A stretch of 64,000 nucleotides of DNA from a virus (Duplodnaviria > Caudoviricetes), in IMG/VR virus record IMGVR_UViG_3300009685_000011, positions 14,767-78,766 of that record; one strand, written 5' to 3'. Below the pieces are notes generated by a model. It made no database searches, was not told the DNA's origin, and was given only the letters and a program-made list of their open reading frames with translations. This document shows, piece by piece, positions 9,973 through 19,328 of the stretch (position 1 is the first letter of the stretch; every line of letters starts with the position of its first letter). A program made the translations under genes and the position numbers.

Positions 9973-10370
9973 TACAATTCTTTTAGAATTTTATCAAATT
10001 CCATTTGATTTCGAGTTTCTTCAGAAATCATCTTCTCAAGTTTGGACTTCATTACTTGAAGTTCTTGAATTTGATTTCGAGCACTAAATGCTTCAGTCAG
10101 GGTTTCAACATCTTTAAGCCATTCGTTTAAAAGAAACCCACTGATAACAAAGTTGCTCACAGGACTAAAATTTTTAATTGCTTGTAAAAACGCTTGTAGA
10201 AAATTCAATTCAGAAATTTGACAAGTATGAAGATTATACCTCTTGCCAAAGATTTCTAAATTAGCGTTTGTAATTAGTTCTACTTTCTTTTTAGTAGAAA
10301 GGTTTTTAATCTTGTCTTCAATAAGACCAAGAGTTTCAGTTACTTTACTATCCGTTAATTTGTTTACCAT
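9972..10370 (-). CDS. Hypothetical helical protein
   Basis: Intact ORF coupled to the 350-aa gene upstream. Confidence 0.65.
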   Translation of the reverse strand: MVNKLTDSKVTETLGLIEDKIKNLSTKKKVELITNANLEIFGKRYNLHTCQISELNFLQAFLQAIKNFSPVSNFVISGFLLNEWLKDVETLTEAFSARNQIQELQVMKSKLEKMISEETRNQMEFDKILKEL

Positions 10371-11400
10371 TTTCTAAAATTAAAGTTCCTTGATATATTT
10401 TATGTGGTTTGGCATAGTCCAATCGTGCCCATCGTCCTCCATTATTTTCTACTGCTTCTTCAAAAGTATTGTAATAATATTCAGAAGACTGTGTGTAATA
10501 TGAATTTTTTAAAAAATCTGGATGAAGACCTAAACTTGTGTCTCTAAAAAACAAACCGTCTTGTTCGACAATAATAAGATACAAACTATGGTAATGTTTA
10601 TCTTTTAGATATTTTTCCATCAAATCTTCTACAGTAACAGCCGTTTTATCCCAAACTACTTCTTTTACTTTACAGAACCTTGTGTCTTCTTCCAGTTTAT
10701 CATATAGATAAACAAAGTTTTTATCCTCTTCTAACTTAGATTTAATAGAAGATAAAGAAGAAACAAAATAAAAGTCACCGCCTTGCCTAAACCAGTATTT
10801 TTTACCCAAGAGTTTCTGCTCTTGTTTTTCCTTTGAGTAAGAAAGAAATCTTTCATAAGTGTCAAACTTACCCATGTAAGTCACTTCTTCATTTTTAGCA
10901 GTCAAGTATTTCCATCCGGGAGTCATGTCTTTTACTCCTACTTTACCTTCTTGTAATTTAGTAAAAGCAACCATTTGAGTATATTCAGGAGCATTTTCTG
11001 GAACAAGAACAAGTTCTGTGCCACTCCATCCATATACAAATTTTCCTTCAAGTCCTTTACCTTTGATTGAATTAGTGTTCTCCAAGATGTAAAGAAGATT
11101 AGGAATACTTATTTCAAACTCAAAGCCTCGTGGATCATATATCCTGCAATACGTATTACGAGGATTCCAACTATAATTCTTTCCACCTACTTTTTTGTTT
11201 AACACAAATCCTTCAACAGGAGTGTTATCAAAATCATCTGCGTCTATTGTATTATCTCGCCAACTATTCCAGGATGCCTCTTTTCTAAGAACTTTTTTGT
11301 TATCCCAATAGATAACATAGGCTAATTTATTTGTGTAGGTATCTGTTCGTTTCTGATAACCTACTTTAATTTTTTCTGGTATAAATATGTTAGTGTTCAT
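10348..11400 (-). CDS. Conserved phage hypothetical protein (350 aa)
   Basis: N-terminus (KVGYQKR.DTYT.KLAYVIY.D...GFVLNKKVGG...RIYDPRGFEFEI...NLLYIL) matches a recurring phage family of unknown function, from recall. Confidence 0.7.
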   Translation of the reverse strand: MNTNIFIPEKIKVGYQKRTDTYTNKLAYVIYWDNKKVLRKEASWNSWRDNTIDADDFDNTPVEGFVLNKKVGGKNYSWNPRNTYCRIYDPRGFEFEISIPNLLYILENTNSIKGKGLEGKFVYGWSGTELVLVPENAPEYTQMVAFTKLQEGKVGVKDMTPGWKYLTAKNEEVTYMGKFDTYERFLSYSKEKQEQKLLGKKYWFRQGGDFYFVSSLSSIKSKLEEDKNFVYLYDKLEEDTRFCKVKEVVWDKTAVTVEDLMEKYLKDKHYHSLYLIIVEQDGLFFRDTSLGLHPDFLKNSYYTQSSEYYYNTFEEAVENNGGRWARLDYAKPHKIYQGTLILENGKQING

Positions 11401-11401
11401 G

Positions 11402-12376
11402 TTACTTTTTTTCTACAATATATCTAAGTGAGATAAATCCTCGGTAGTTATCACACCAGCCGTATTCACACTCACCAGGTCTGTTTCTATAAAAAGCAGC
11501 GTATTCACCCTCATCCATAACTCTACAAACGTGTTCAAGAGGAGACCAATGTTTCATTTTTACAAGTTTATCAAACAAGTCTATGTCTTTCAGGTAGTCA
11601 TTTGACTCATTAAGATAACTAATGCGAGCAATTCTTGCACACGCTACCTTCCTACAGATAGTATCATAGTCAAGTTCAAATTCTTTTTTAACATTCTCTG
11701 GATCAAGAAAATCTCGTAAAGAAGAATAATCTGGTTCCAAAGGAATATGCCACTCTCCCTCTTCAAGAGTTAATGGACTGCTTTCATGGTAAGCAGTATA
11801 CATCATTTCCGCTAACTCCTGAATTTCAGGTTGAGCAGTTGATTCATTAATCAAATTAAAATCCCCATCAAACTCTGGATACCAAGCAAGTAAGTCTTTC
11901 TTAGAGAAGAAGTTCTGTCCTTTGTATCTGTATTTAGGACACCTCAAATTAAAAAAGTTCCACCATTCAGTACCAGTCATAATCATTTCTTGATACTCAA
12001 AAGGCTGAAGTAATCTACTTGCGTGTTGTTTGTGTACATTATATCTACCAAGTGTTTCTACTGTTTCAACTACTTTATCAAAGCATTCTTTCCATACACG
12101 GTCTGCAAGGTTATCATACAAAGGTTGTAAGACTTCTTTTGCACTCATTCCTTTTTGATCCTTAGTAAAAGGACTTGGTACATAAAGTTCTTCAATGGTA
12201 TCCTGAAGGTGTTTTTCAAGATTACGTGCTCTGGAACTTGCAGCACTATATGAAAACATACGGTGCCTAAGTATCTCCGCTTCAATGATTCGAGGAAACT
12301 TAATCCTATAAGTTATAATTCTGTCTCCTGTTTTAGTACGAGAGTCTGCTAAAATTGTTGCGGTAGTAAAGCCCAT
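11402..12376 (-). CDS. thyX: Flavin-dependent thymidylate synthase (ThyX/Thy1-like)
   Basis: EILRHRMFSYSAASSRA signature (RHR-x7-S), HKQHASRLL, and C-terminal ARISY...HWSPLEH. Confidence 0.85.
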   Translation of the reverse strand: MGFTTATILADSRTKTGDRIITYRIKFPRIIEAEILRHRMFSYSAASSRARNLEKHLQDTIEELYVPSPFTKDQKGMSAKEVLQPLYDNLADRVWKECFDKVVETVETLGRYNVHKQHASRLLQPFEYQEMIMTGTEWWNFFNLRCPKYRYKGQNFFSKKDLLAWYPEFDGDFNLINESTAQPEIQELAEMMYTAYHESSPLTLEEGEWHIPLEPDYSSLRDFLDPENVKKEFELDYDTICRKVACARIARISYLNESNDYLKDIDLFDKLVKMKHWSPLEHVCRVMDEGEYAAFYRNRPGECEYGWCDNYRGFISLRYIVEKK

Positions 12377-12684
12377 AAAATTATTTTATTAGATGAATGT
12401 TTTGCCTTTCTTTCGTTAAGCACCCTTCCTGTATAGTCAAACCAAGTATCGTATACGTCATTATAATATCCTTGTATATAAAAATTACCTGTTTCTCCAC
12501 CAAATGCTCTACGTAATCCTTTGTGGTAGTAAATTATAATAGGAGCGTATACAGGAGGTAATTCTTCTGCTGGTTTAAACCCAAGAGTCATAGTCACTGT
12601 CTTCATTGTCGTATACAGTATTAATATTAATATGTCCAAAATAAAAATGACCATTTGAAATCCAAGCATCAAAATCAGTTTCAA
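12349..12684 (-). CDS. Hypothetical protein (true start probably near 12.6 kb)
   Basis: Tracked N-terminus overlaps the upstream gene by about 110 nt; the C-terminal part looks coding. Confidence 0.5.
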   Translation of the reverse strand: MKLILMLGFQMVIFILDILILILYTTMKTVTMTLGFKPAEELPPVYAPIIIYYHKGLRRAFGGETGNFYIQGYYNDVYDTWFDYTGRVLNERKAKHSSNKIILWALLPQQF

Positions 12685-12985
12685 ACGTAACTATGTACAT
12701 TCCTTCTTCTGTTTCTACTTGTTTTTCAGTATAGCATTTGTCAATATTAAGCATCTCTACAGGTAGAATACCAATAAGACCCGCATCTACCCAATATTTC
12801 CTACCATAATTATCAAAATAAGTACCGTCTCCATAGGCTGTACCACCTACTAAACAATCGTGTCCAAAAATATTTTCTACAGATTCCGATTGAAAATAAT
12901 CTGTTTGTTCTAATATTTGATCCCAAGATTTGTTAAAGATATAACAAGGATCTCCAATGTAATAAGTACCCGCTTTAAATGTCAT
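12575..12985 (-). CDS. Conserved phage hypothetical protein (GTYYIGDPCY family)
   Basis: YIGDPCY...GTAYGDG...VDAGLIGI pattern recurs in phage proteins. Confidence 0.7.
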   Translation of the reverse strand: MTFKAGTYYIGDPCYIFNKSWDQILEQTDYFQSESVENIFGHDCLVGGTAYGDGTYFDNYGRKYWVDAGLIGILPVEMLNIDKCYTEKQVETEEGMYIVTFETDFDAWISNGHFYFGHININTVYDNEDSDYDSWV

Positions 12986-13235
12986 CTGGTGTAAGATTTA
13001 AAATGCTATTTTTTAATGCAAACACTTCTATATTTTCTCCACTGTGTCTATCAAAACTATCTGTTACGTTATAATCAACTTTTACATTGTCTGCTGCTGT
13101 TTTAAGAGCAAGTTCCCATACAGATGTTAGAATTTCTTCGAAGTCAAGTTTTGTTAGATAGGTATTTTCCAAAATATCATCTTCATCAAAAGTAACTCCC
13201 ATTCCAGTAAGTATTTTTTCAAAGTGTCTGTTCAT
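12975..13235 (-). CDS. Hypothetical protein
   Basis: Intact coupled ORF. Confidence 0.6.
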   Translation of the reverse strand: MNRHFEKILTGMGVTFDEDDILENTYLTKLDFEEILTSVWELALKTAADNVKVDYNVTDSFDRHSGENIEVFALKNSILNLTPDDI

Positions 13236-13506
13236 TATCTAAGGCTTCTTTTAAAGATTCATACTCTCGTCTTGTTTCATACGAAGCAAGTACACCATTT
13301 TCTACATTTCTTGCTTGCCACCACAGTTTAACTTCTGGCCAAGATTGTCCACATTGCCATATCCATACGTGCTCTTTTTCAAAACCTATACTATGTTGGG
13401 GTATACTTTCTTTGGTAACTCTTTTAGCGAGAATATCTGCGTTGTCAAAAATAATTTTATAACCAAGTTCAACAGCATAATCCCACAATTTTAAATCGTC
13501 TCTCAT
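13219..13506 (-). CDS. Hypothetical protein
   Basis: Intact coupled ORF. Confidence 0.6.
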   Translation of the reverse strand: MRDDLKLWDYAVELGYKIIFDNADILAKRVTKESIPQHSIGFEKEHVWIWQCGQSWPEVKLWWQARNVENGVLASYETRREYESLKEALDNEQTL

Positions 13507-13639
13507 TTTACTTTTTTAATTACATCTCCTTTAGTATAAAGAGGTTGATAACGAAAATAAACAGTAATAATATTTTCAAATACAGACTCCCACATATTAA
13601 TCTGGAAGTTAAATCTCACGCTTGTAACAAGCATTTGTT

Positions 13640-13951
13640 TCATAGTTTTTTCAATATTCCTTTAGATGCGTTAAAATATACTTTTCCTCGTATGTCTTCA
13701 GAAAACGCTTTAATAAACCCTTTCTTAAGACTTAGATTAAGTTCTTTACAGGCCCTAACTTCAATGTCGTTTTGAGGAACATACCTGTTAAATTTTAGAC
13801 ATACTGAATTTTCATCTTCATCAATCCCGTCAAAATTAAATATATTTTGAAAGGGAGAGATTTCTTCCTTAAATCTCTCCCATTCTTCTTTATTGAAATT
13901 CTGAAGTGTAATCCAGTAGTACGAACAATATTTATGTTCTGGATAATTCAT
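13640..13951 (-). CDS. Hypothetical protein
   Basis: Intact ATGA-coupled ORF. Confidence 0.6.
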   Translation of the reverse strand: MNYPEHKYCSYYWITLQNFNKEEWERFKEEISPFQNIFNFDGIDEDENSVCLKFNRYVPQNDIEVRACKELNLSLKKGFIKAFSEDIRGKVYFNASKGILKKL

Positions 13952-14529
13952 TGTACCACTTGTTTTACATCATAAAGAAAATACTGACGAAGCATTTCAT
14001 AAATTTCAGAGTCTCGTCTAAAGCAATCTTTAACAAGAGTCTTACTATACTTGGATTGAATTGTGTTGTAGATATAAGATGGGTGCATGTCGCAAATAGC
14101 CTCTATTGAAAGTTTTGTAGTGGAAAAATGCTGACCTCTCAATCTCAAACGATACATTTTATGGTTTTCTTTATTCCAAGTACCAGCAAACTCAAAAAGC
14201 CTTTCAAAAGTAGAATCAAATTCCTTATCTACAGATTCTTTTAGTATACCTATGTTCAATAAATGTTGTTTCAATTGTTTTTTAGAAAAAGAAACAGTTG
14301 TATCCAGGTTTTTAAGTTCAGTTTCTATTTCTGACGGTACGCGCACCCATTTTGTAACTATAGAATTTTTAATTCCCTGTGCTTTAAGGTCTTTAGTAAT
14401 AATCTTACTTACTTGAAGGTGAGTAAGATTTATACCTTGTAAAGCAAGATTATGCTGCACATCAGCAGTAGTAGCATTTCCTTTGCTTTCAATGAGAGAA
14501 AGCAATACGTTTTTTACTTGTTCTTTCAT
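13948..14529 (-). CDS. Hypothetical protein, possible N-terminal HTH
   Basis: Intact ORF; N-terminus (VLLSLIESKGNATTADVQHNL...THLQVSKII) is weakly winged-helix-like. Confidence 0.55.
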   Translation of the reverse strand: MKEQVKNVLLSLIESKGNATTADVQHNLALQGINLTHLQVSKIITKDLKAQGIKNSIVTKWVRVPSEIETELKNLDTTVSFSKKQLKQHLLNIGILKESVDKEFDSTFERLFEFAGTWNKENHKMYRLRLRGQHFSTTKLSIEAICDMHPSYIYNTIQSKYSKTLVKDCFRRDSEIYEMLRQYFLYDVKQVVQ

Positions 14530-14750
14530 TTATCTATTCCTTTTAAAAATATGTTTCCTATACGACTTGGTATATATTTATATGTAGTATCTGTGTAGAT
14601 AACTTTTGTTAAAACACTCCATTCACTTGACCAAACTCTGTTACTACTATTTAAGGTTTTAAGCGTTTCATATATTTTAATACAGTCTTCTGCATCTTGT
14701 TTAAATTCAGTTTCCAGTTGTTTCTGAAGTTTCTCTAATAGTTTCCCCAT
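14526..14750 (-). CDS. Hypothetical protein
   Basis: Intact coupled ORF. Confidence 0.6.
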   Translation of the reverse strand: MGKLLEKLQKQLETEFKQDAEDCIKIYETLKTLNSSNRVWSSEWSVLTKVIYTDTTYKYIPSRIGNIFLKGIDK

Positions 14751-14752
14751 AG

Positions 14753-15076
14753 TTATTGATTATCCGCAACAGTTTTTAAAAGTGCATCAACTATATCACG
14801 CACAGACCACTGTCCTTTTTCTTGAGCAAGTCTTTCAATTTCTTTTGTGGCTTTACTTGCAAGTTCAGATTCAAAATTAGCACACAAATCTGCCCACCTA
14901 CCAAGGTTTTTAATTTCGTGAACTTGTGCATAATAACTGGCATTTTTCATTACTTTGGAGTGTTGTTCTTTCCAAATTAACCAGAGTCCTTCTCCAACTC
15001 CATCTATTTGATATTTGTCGAAGGGAATATATTTTCTCCCTTTCTTAATGTAGTAAACTTCAGGTTCTATTTTCAT
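14753..15076 (-). CDS. Hypothetical protein
   Basis: Intact coupled ORF. Confidence 0.6.
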   Translation of the reverse strand: MKIEPEVYYIKKGRKYIPFDKYQIDGVGEGLWLIWKEQHSKVMKNASYYAQVHEIKNLGRWADLCANFESELASKATKEIERLAQEKGQWSVRDIVDALLKTVADNQ

Positions 15077-15223
15077 TTTGTTACGTCTATTGTTTCAAGT
15101 TCTTCAATAAATTCTTCATCATAACCTCTGGATAAAAGCCATTCTTTAAATAAATTCCACAACGATTGTTCGTTGATAAACTCATCCAATAACATTAGAT
15201 ACTCTTCTTTTTGTGTCATTTTA

Positions 15224-15691
15224 TTATAGTTTAGTTACTTTGATTCGATATTGTTTTAGTTTTTCAATTCCACTTAAATCTCTGTATTCGTTCAGATAGA
15301 CTACTTCGGATATTCCTACTTGTGCCAAAAGAGATGCACAATGGAGACATGGATTGTAATTACAGTAAATAACACAGCCTTTAAGAGAAATACCATGTAA
15401 TGCTGCTTGCGCTACAATATTTTCTTCTGCGTGAAGCACTTCTGGCTTTGTATTACCGTTTTCATCTTCTAAAGATTCATCTCCATATCTACTAACAGTA
15501 CCGTTGTATCCTGTGCAGACTATTCTCTTGTCTTTAACTGCCACAGCCCCTACTTTGAGTCTATTTCCTTTGGACATTTCAGATGTTCTGATAGCAACAT
15601 CCATGAAGTAATTATTCCATTTGTCTTCGTGAGGCTCAATCTCTAAATAGGTAAACACAGAGTCTCCTATTTTCATTTCCTTTTTTATCAT
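15224..15691 (-). CDS. dCMP deaminase (Zn-dependent cytidine deaminase fold)
   Basis: VGAVAVKD...GYNG, HAEEN and PCLHC zinc-binding motifs. Confidence 0.92.
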   Translation of the reverse strand: MIKKEMKIGDSVFTYLEIEPHEDKWNNYFMDVAIRTSEMSKGNRLKVGAVAVKDKRIVCTGYNGTVSRYGDESLEDENGNTKPEVLHAEENIVAQAALHGISLKGCVIYCNYNPCLHCASLLAQVGISEVVYLNEYRDLSGIEKLKQYRIKVTKL

Positions 15692-15951
15692 CTGTTAGCA
15701 AGTTCTCTTAAACACTTCAGTCTTTCCAAGTGGTTTTCAATATTGGCTATAATTTCGTCAATTTTATCTTTAGCATGATAAAACTTGTGAGTAGAACCTA
15801 TTACTTGTTCGTTAGTAGACATATTTATCAAAGTATGACCATTAAGCCCTGGTTCCGAAAGAAGCCATACGGGTGCAAGATTTACCTTTTTGGGGTTAAA
15901 GGCAAGGTCTTCTTGAAGAATAATCAAATCTCCTCTGTTAAAATAATTCAT
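15688..15951 (-). CDS. Hypothetical protein
   Basis: Intact coupled ORF. Confidence 0.6.
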   Translation of the reverse strand: MNYFNRGDLIILQEDLAFNPKKVNLAPVWLLSEPGLNGHTLINMSTNEQVIGSTHKFYHAKDKIDEIIANIENHLERLKCLRELANR

Positions 15952-16541
15952 TGTGTTTGTCTTTGACTTTGTTTAAAACTCGCAATTAGTATAATAAGGT
16001 TAAAAACAGTAAGTGCTAATCTAAATCCCATGTTACCGTTAAACAGTCTTGGTACTTTAATACCAAAAACCGAATAATAAGCACCAGAATTAACATTGGT
16101 ACCTTGATAGTACCAGGAATGACCTCCAAGAATGTTGATAAAAAACTTTTGAAAGAACACCGCTGGAGTGACAAGTAAAAGAAGTCTCCACCACTTTTTA
16201 GGGTTGTTAAGAAACATTCCAAGTGTCTGGAAAGATTGAGCAAGCAAAGTAAAAAAATGGATGTCAACAAGTAAAAAAGGAAACAAAAATCCTAAAAAAG
16301 TCAACAAAGTACTTAGTAAAGATCCAATTAATGACATCCACCATAGAAAGTTATTAGACTTTTTTACTTTTTTTCTTTGTCTTTTAGTTCTTCTTAGACT
16401 TATCCAAGTAAACAGTAAAGTAAAAACCAACCCCACAGGTGCTAACCAGTCATACTCTCCGTAAAAAGAACCATTCATTATTCCTGAAGAAGCCCTGCTT
16501 AGTATAAACGCAGACTCTTCAATTGGTAGTATTTTTTGCAT
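15948..16541 (-). CDS. Multi-pass membrane protein (197 aa)
   Basis: Four or more hydrophobic segments with a basic loop (RRTKRQRKKVKK). Confidence 0.65.
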   Translation of the reverse strand: MQKILPIEESAFILSRASSGIMNGSFYGEYDWLAPVGLVFTLLFTWISLRRTKRQRKKVKKSNNFLWWMSLIGSLLSTLLTFLGFLFPFLLVDIHFFTLLAQSFQTLGMFLNNPKKWWRLLLLVTPAVFFQKFFINILGGHSWYYQGTNVNSGAYYSVFGIKVPRLFNGNMGFRLALTVFNLIILIASFKQSQRQTQ

Positions 16542-16552
16542 AGTAAAAAATT

Positions 16553-16582
16553 AAAAAAGGAGGACATCTTACGACATCCTCC
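16553..16582 (-). terminator. Intrinsic terminator
   Basis: Minus strand GGAGGATGTC-GTAA-GATGTCCTCC-TTTTTT: 10-bp stem with two G-U pairs, GNRA loop and U-tract. Confidence 0.75.
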
Positions 16583-16623
16583 CCACATAATTAAATCTCA
16601 CAATGATGAATACTTTTTAACTT

Positions 16624-16992
16624 TTAATCTTTCCACTCATTTTTAAACATAAACCAGAGTGTGCGTTTACGCCACTCATTAATTTTAACACCTCCGCCTG
16701 TTTCCATCCATTGATCTGCTGCTTTTTTATTACCATCTTCATAAGTCCAAGATTTAGTAATAACATTGTAAGTAGAAACTCCAAGTGGAGTTTTCAAATC
16801 TACTACAATAGCATAGACCACAACTGTGTCATTAACACTCCCCGTAGGAGTGAGATAGATAGTCGAGTCTTTTTTTACTTGTTGAGACTGACCAGCATTA
16901 ACAGTTGCATTAGAAGGTGTTTGTACAGGTTTACCAGATTGCCCATGAAGAGCAACTGCACACATTAGAAAGATAATACTTAGGTACTTCAT
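16624..16992 (-). CDS. Secreted protein (signal peptide)
   Basis: MKYLSIIFLMCAVALHG-Q signal-peptide-like N-terminus. Confidence 0.65.
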   Translation of the reverse strand: MKYLSIIFLMCAVALHGQSGKPVQTPSNATVNAGQSQQVKKDSTIYLTPTGSVNDTVVVYAIVVDLKTPLGVSTYNVITKSWTYEDGNKKAADQWMETGGGVKINEWRKRTLWFMFKNEWKD

Positions 16993-17555
16993 TTAATTGT
17001 AAATGTTTTAGTTAGAAAAACTTGATTGAATTGTTTATTATTGAAATCTACACCTAAAGACCATCCTTTATATCCCACTCCTGTGTAGAAATTTAGTTTA
17101 TCACTAAGTCCCACTGTCAAAGACCAATCTGGAATTTTAGGTATAAACACCTGTTCTTCCTGAATAGTTGAAGTACTATCGGTATAAAGTGTGATTTGAG
17201 GGTTCAAAGATACAAGTTCTCCCATTACTTCAGCGCTATAACTAAATTTATATTTATCAGTTTCTACCGAATCAATATAAACGTTATAAGGAACCATTAA
17301 CTGTCCAGAATCAGAATACACAGAGTCTTGAATTACCATCCATTTGGGAACTTCTCTTTCCACGTATTTGACAACGGGAACAGGTACTCTTAATACCACA
17401 GTATCTAAAAGAGTATCTGTGTGGTGTTCAATCCAAGTGTTGTTGATAATCTTTGATTTTTCAGGGACATATACACATCCTTTGTCTGTAAACCAAAGAC
17501 ATCCCAAGAACCCTATGAGTCCTGAAATAAACCAGTTAATTAGTTTCTGCTTCAT
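16989..17555 (-). CDS. Membrane-anchored protein, possibly spanin-like
   Basis: N-terminal TM, DT/V-rich stalk and C-terminal beta-rich end with aromatic residues; function call is inference. Confidence 0.45.
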   Translation of the reverse strand: MKQKLINWFISGLIGFLGCLWFTDKGCVYVPEKSKIINNTWIEHHTDTLLDTVVLRVPVPVVKYVEREVPKWMVIQDSVYSDSGQLMVPYNVYIDSVETDKYKFSYSAEVMGELVSLNPQITLYTDSTSTIQEEQVFIPKIPDWSLTVGLSDKLNFYTGVGYKGWSLGVDFNNKQFNQVFLTKTFTIK

Positions 17556-17760
17556 ACATATAATAAGTTGTGCCGTTTACTTTATAGGCAGCAATCACAT
17601 TAGTGGAGTATTTTGCCATCACAACATCTGCTCTGTCAATACCTAACTGACGACTGATTTCTTTTATCGTAAATCCACTGTCTTTATTACGTTCGAGAAG
17701 ACTTACAACTTTATAACGCTTGGGACATCTGCAATTATGGCAATTATCACACTTGCTCAT
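17536..17760 (-). CDS. Winged-helix-like small protein with N-terminal Cys motif (paralog A)
   Basis: VVSLLERNKDSGFTIKEISRQLGI...AYKVNGTTYYMYE; N-terminal CDNCHNCRC. Confidence 0.6.
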   Translation of the reverse strand: MSKCDNCHNCRCPKRYKVVSLLERNKDSGFTIKEISRQLGIDRADVVMAKYSTNVIAAYKVNGTTYYMYEAETN

Positions 17761-17935
17761 AAATATAATATACGGATTTATTTACTTTATAAGCACCAAT
17801 TTTATCTTTATTTAAAAAGACCGTGTGCCAAACATCTCCTCGTGTTACTTTAAGTTTTTTAGTAATAGCCTTTGTTGTAAATCCATATTTAGAGTTTTCC
17901 TTAAGAAACTCTACAATTTTAGATCGTTTTGTCAT
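17747..17935 (-). CDS. Winged-helix-like small protein (paralog B)
   Basis: IVEFLKENSKYGFTTKAITKKLKV...AYKVNKSVYYIYE aligns with the downstream paralog. Confidence 0.6.
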   Translation of the reverse strand: MTKRSKIVEFLKENSKYGFTTKAITKKLKVTRGDVWHTVFLNKDKIGAYKVNKSVYYIYEQV

Positions 17936-17938
17936 AAT

Positions 17939-18115
17939 TTAAACAAGTTCAAGATTCGTGTTATCGTTGTTATCTTCTTCCTCTTCTTCAAAAGTATCTG
18001 TTACGATATTAAATTCGTCTTTAATATCCTGAATTTTATTTGCAAGTTGTCCATAAGTTTTACACTCTTCCAACTCTCGGATAATCTGTGTTAATAGGAC
18101 TTCAAAGTTGTTCAT
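17939..18115 (-). CDS. Hypothetical acidic peptide (start reassigned to MNNFEV)
   Basis: Downstream ATG with A-rich leader; the tracked extension overlaps the unannotated ORF at 18127-18387. Confidence 0.5.
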   Translation of the reverse strand: MNNFEVLLTQIIRELEECKTYGQLANKIQDIKDEFNIVTDTFEEEEEDNNDNTNLELV

Positions 18116-18126
18116 TTTCTTTTTGT

Positions 18127-18387
18127 TTAGATAGATGTAAATACCTGACGCTCTAACTCTCTGTGATAAAAACCATCCCAAAGATTATCCCATTCACTTT
18201 TATGTCTAAACTCTGATTTTCTGTAGTTAAATATAGGAACAACATCTTCGTCTGTCATCTTATCATACTCCTTCTGAGTAAGAAAAACACAAGTAGAAAC
18301 ATTAGGCCCGGTGCTATTCCAATTTCCAGCAGCCCAAACATGGTCTTTAATTAGTTTTTGCGATGCTCTTTTATCTGTTTTTTTTAT
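18127..18387 (-). CDS. Unannotated 86-aa ORF with ATA start
   Basis: Open frame (I/M)KKTDKRASQKLIKDHVWAAGNW...RQVFTSI* fills the gap; ATA overlaps the upstream TAA (ATAA) and an in-frame TAA two codons upstream excludes any earlier start. Confidence 0.5.
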   Translation of the reverse strand: MKKTDKRASQKLIKDHVWAAGNWNSTGPNVSTCVFLTQKEYDKMTDEDVVPIFNYRKSEFRHKSEWDNLWDGFYHRELERQVFTSI

Positions 18388-18638
18388 TGTTTACGATTAA
18401 AATAAGCGTTCCAAAATTGAGTACGTTCCTCTTTATTAAAAACGTATTTAAGAGCACGAGCGAGTGCTATTTTTCTACCTGTTTCTTTTACAAAGCGATC
18501 ATTTTCAGATAGATAACATGTTCCCTTGCAAAACTCAACAAATCCTTGAGTTTCTATAATACAAGTTGTTACTTTATTTTCAAAGTATTTAAAAGTGATC
18601 CAGTAATCTACATTATTGATATTGACTTTCATACACAA
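18384..18638 (-). CDS. Conserved phage hypothetical protein (D.F.KE.GRKIAL.RA family)
   Basis: YLSENDRFVKETGRKIALARAL motif recurs in many phages. Confidence 0.7.
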   Translation of the reverse strand: MCMKVNINNVDYWITFKYFENKVTTCIIETQGFVEFCKGTCYLSENDRFVKETGRKIALARALKYVFNKEERTQFWNAYFNRKQ

Positions 18639-18883
18639 AGTTTTAAATTAATATGATATTCTGCGCAAACATTATCCAAAACAAACACGAGGTTTTCAAA
18701 TTCTGAATAACCTTGAGACTCTTCGAGAGAGTCTATAAGTTCCTGAATTTTGGGTATTTCATAAATAGAGTCTTTCATAAGACGATCTACAAAAGCAGCC
18801 TTATAAAAAGAAAACCCTACTGTGTCCAGAGGGTCTACATCAGTAAAACAAATGTCAGTTAAATCAATCGTTTTCGTGTACAT
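18629..18883 (-). CDS. Hypothetical protein
   Basis: Intact coupled ORF. Confidence 0.6.
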   Translation of the reverse strand: MYTKTIDLTDICFTDVDPLDTVGFSFYKAAFVDRLMKDSIYEIPKIQELIDSLEESQGYSEFENLVFVLDNVCAEYHINLKLCV

Positions 18884-19328
18884 CTTTAGGTGTTTGATAC
18901 ACTAGACTCTTAAGAACTTTTCCGTCATGGCGTTTAATCACATAGATGCTCCCAACGCGCTCCCAATAGCACTCAATAACTTGACCTGGTTTATCCCAAT
19001 GCTCTCCTTTAAGATACGCATTAACTGTTTCTTGAGCAGTTTCTTCTGTTGTGCAGAATTTAGACCAGTTACTCATAGAAACACGGTTGGCATATTCTTC
19101 AAATTCTTCAAAAGATATACCATTGAATACCAAGTTGTTGACTATCATCCACATCAAATCTACACATCCATCTTTAACCCCATCTCGATCTTCTTTAAGA
19201 ATTGCTTCTGTCAACTCATCAGTCTCTTCTTTAATCAGTTCAACACCAAACATCTGTTGTCCTGTGGTACCGTTAGATTTAACTCCTGCTGTTTCCAACC
19301 AATCATAAACATCTTTAATCATTTTCAT
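18864..19328 (-). CDS. MazG-like nucleotide pyrophosphohydrolase (all-alpha NTP-PPase)
   Basis: EETDELTEA...DGCVDL metal-binding motif, SNWSKF and RHDGKVLK. Confidence 0.8.
   Translation of the reverse strand: MKMIKDVYDWLETAGVKSNGTTGQQMFGVELIKEETDELTEAILKEDRDGVKDGCVDLMWMIVNNLVFNGISFEEFEEYANRVSMSNWSKFCTTEETAQETVNAYLKGEHWDKPGQVIECYWERVGSIYVIKRHDGKVLKSLVYQTPKDVHEND

Noticed and set aside
8894-19328. Non-canonical base substitution pathway (e.g. dU, hm-pyrimidine or Z-DNA) from the nucleotide-metabolism genes
   Set aside because: dNMP kinase, ThyX, dCMP deaminase and NTP-PPase together fit ordinary dTTP supply; no PurZ, hydroxymethylase or deazaguanine enzyme is visible in the window.
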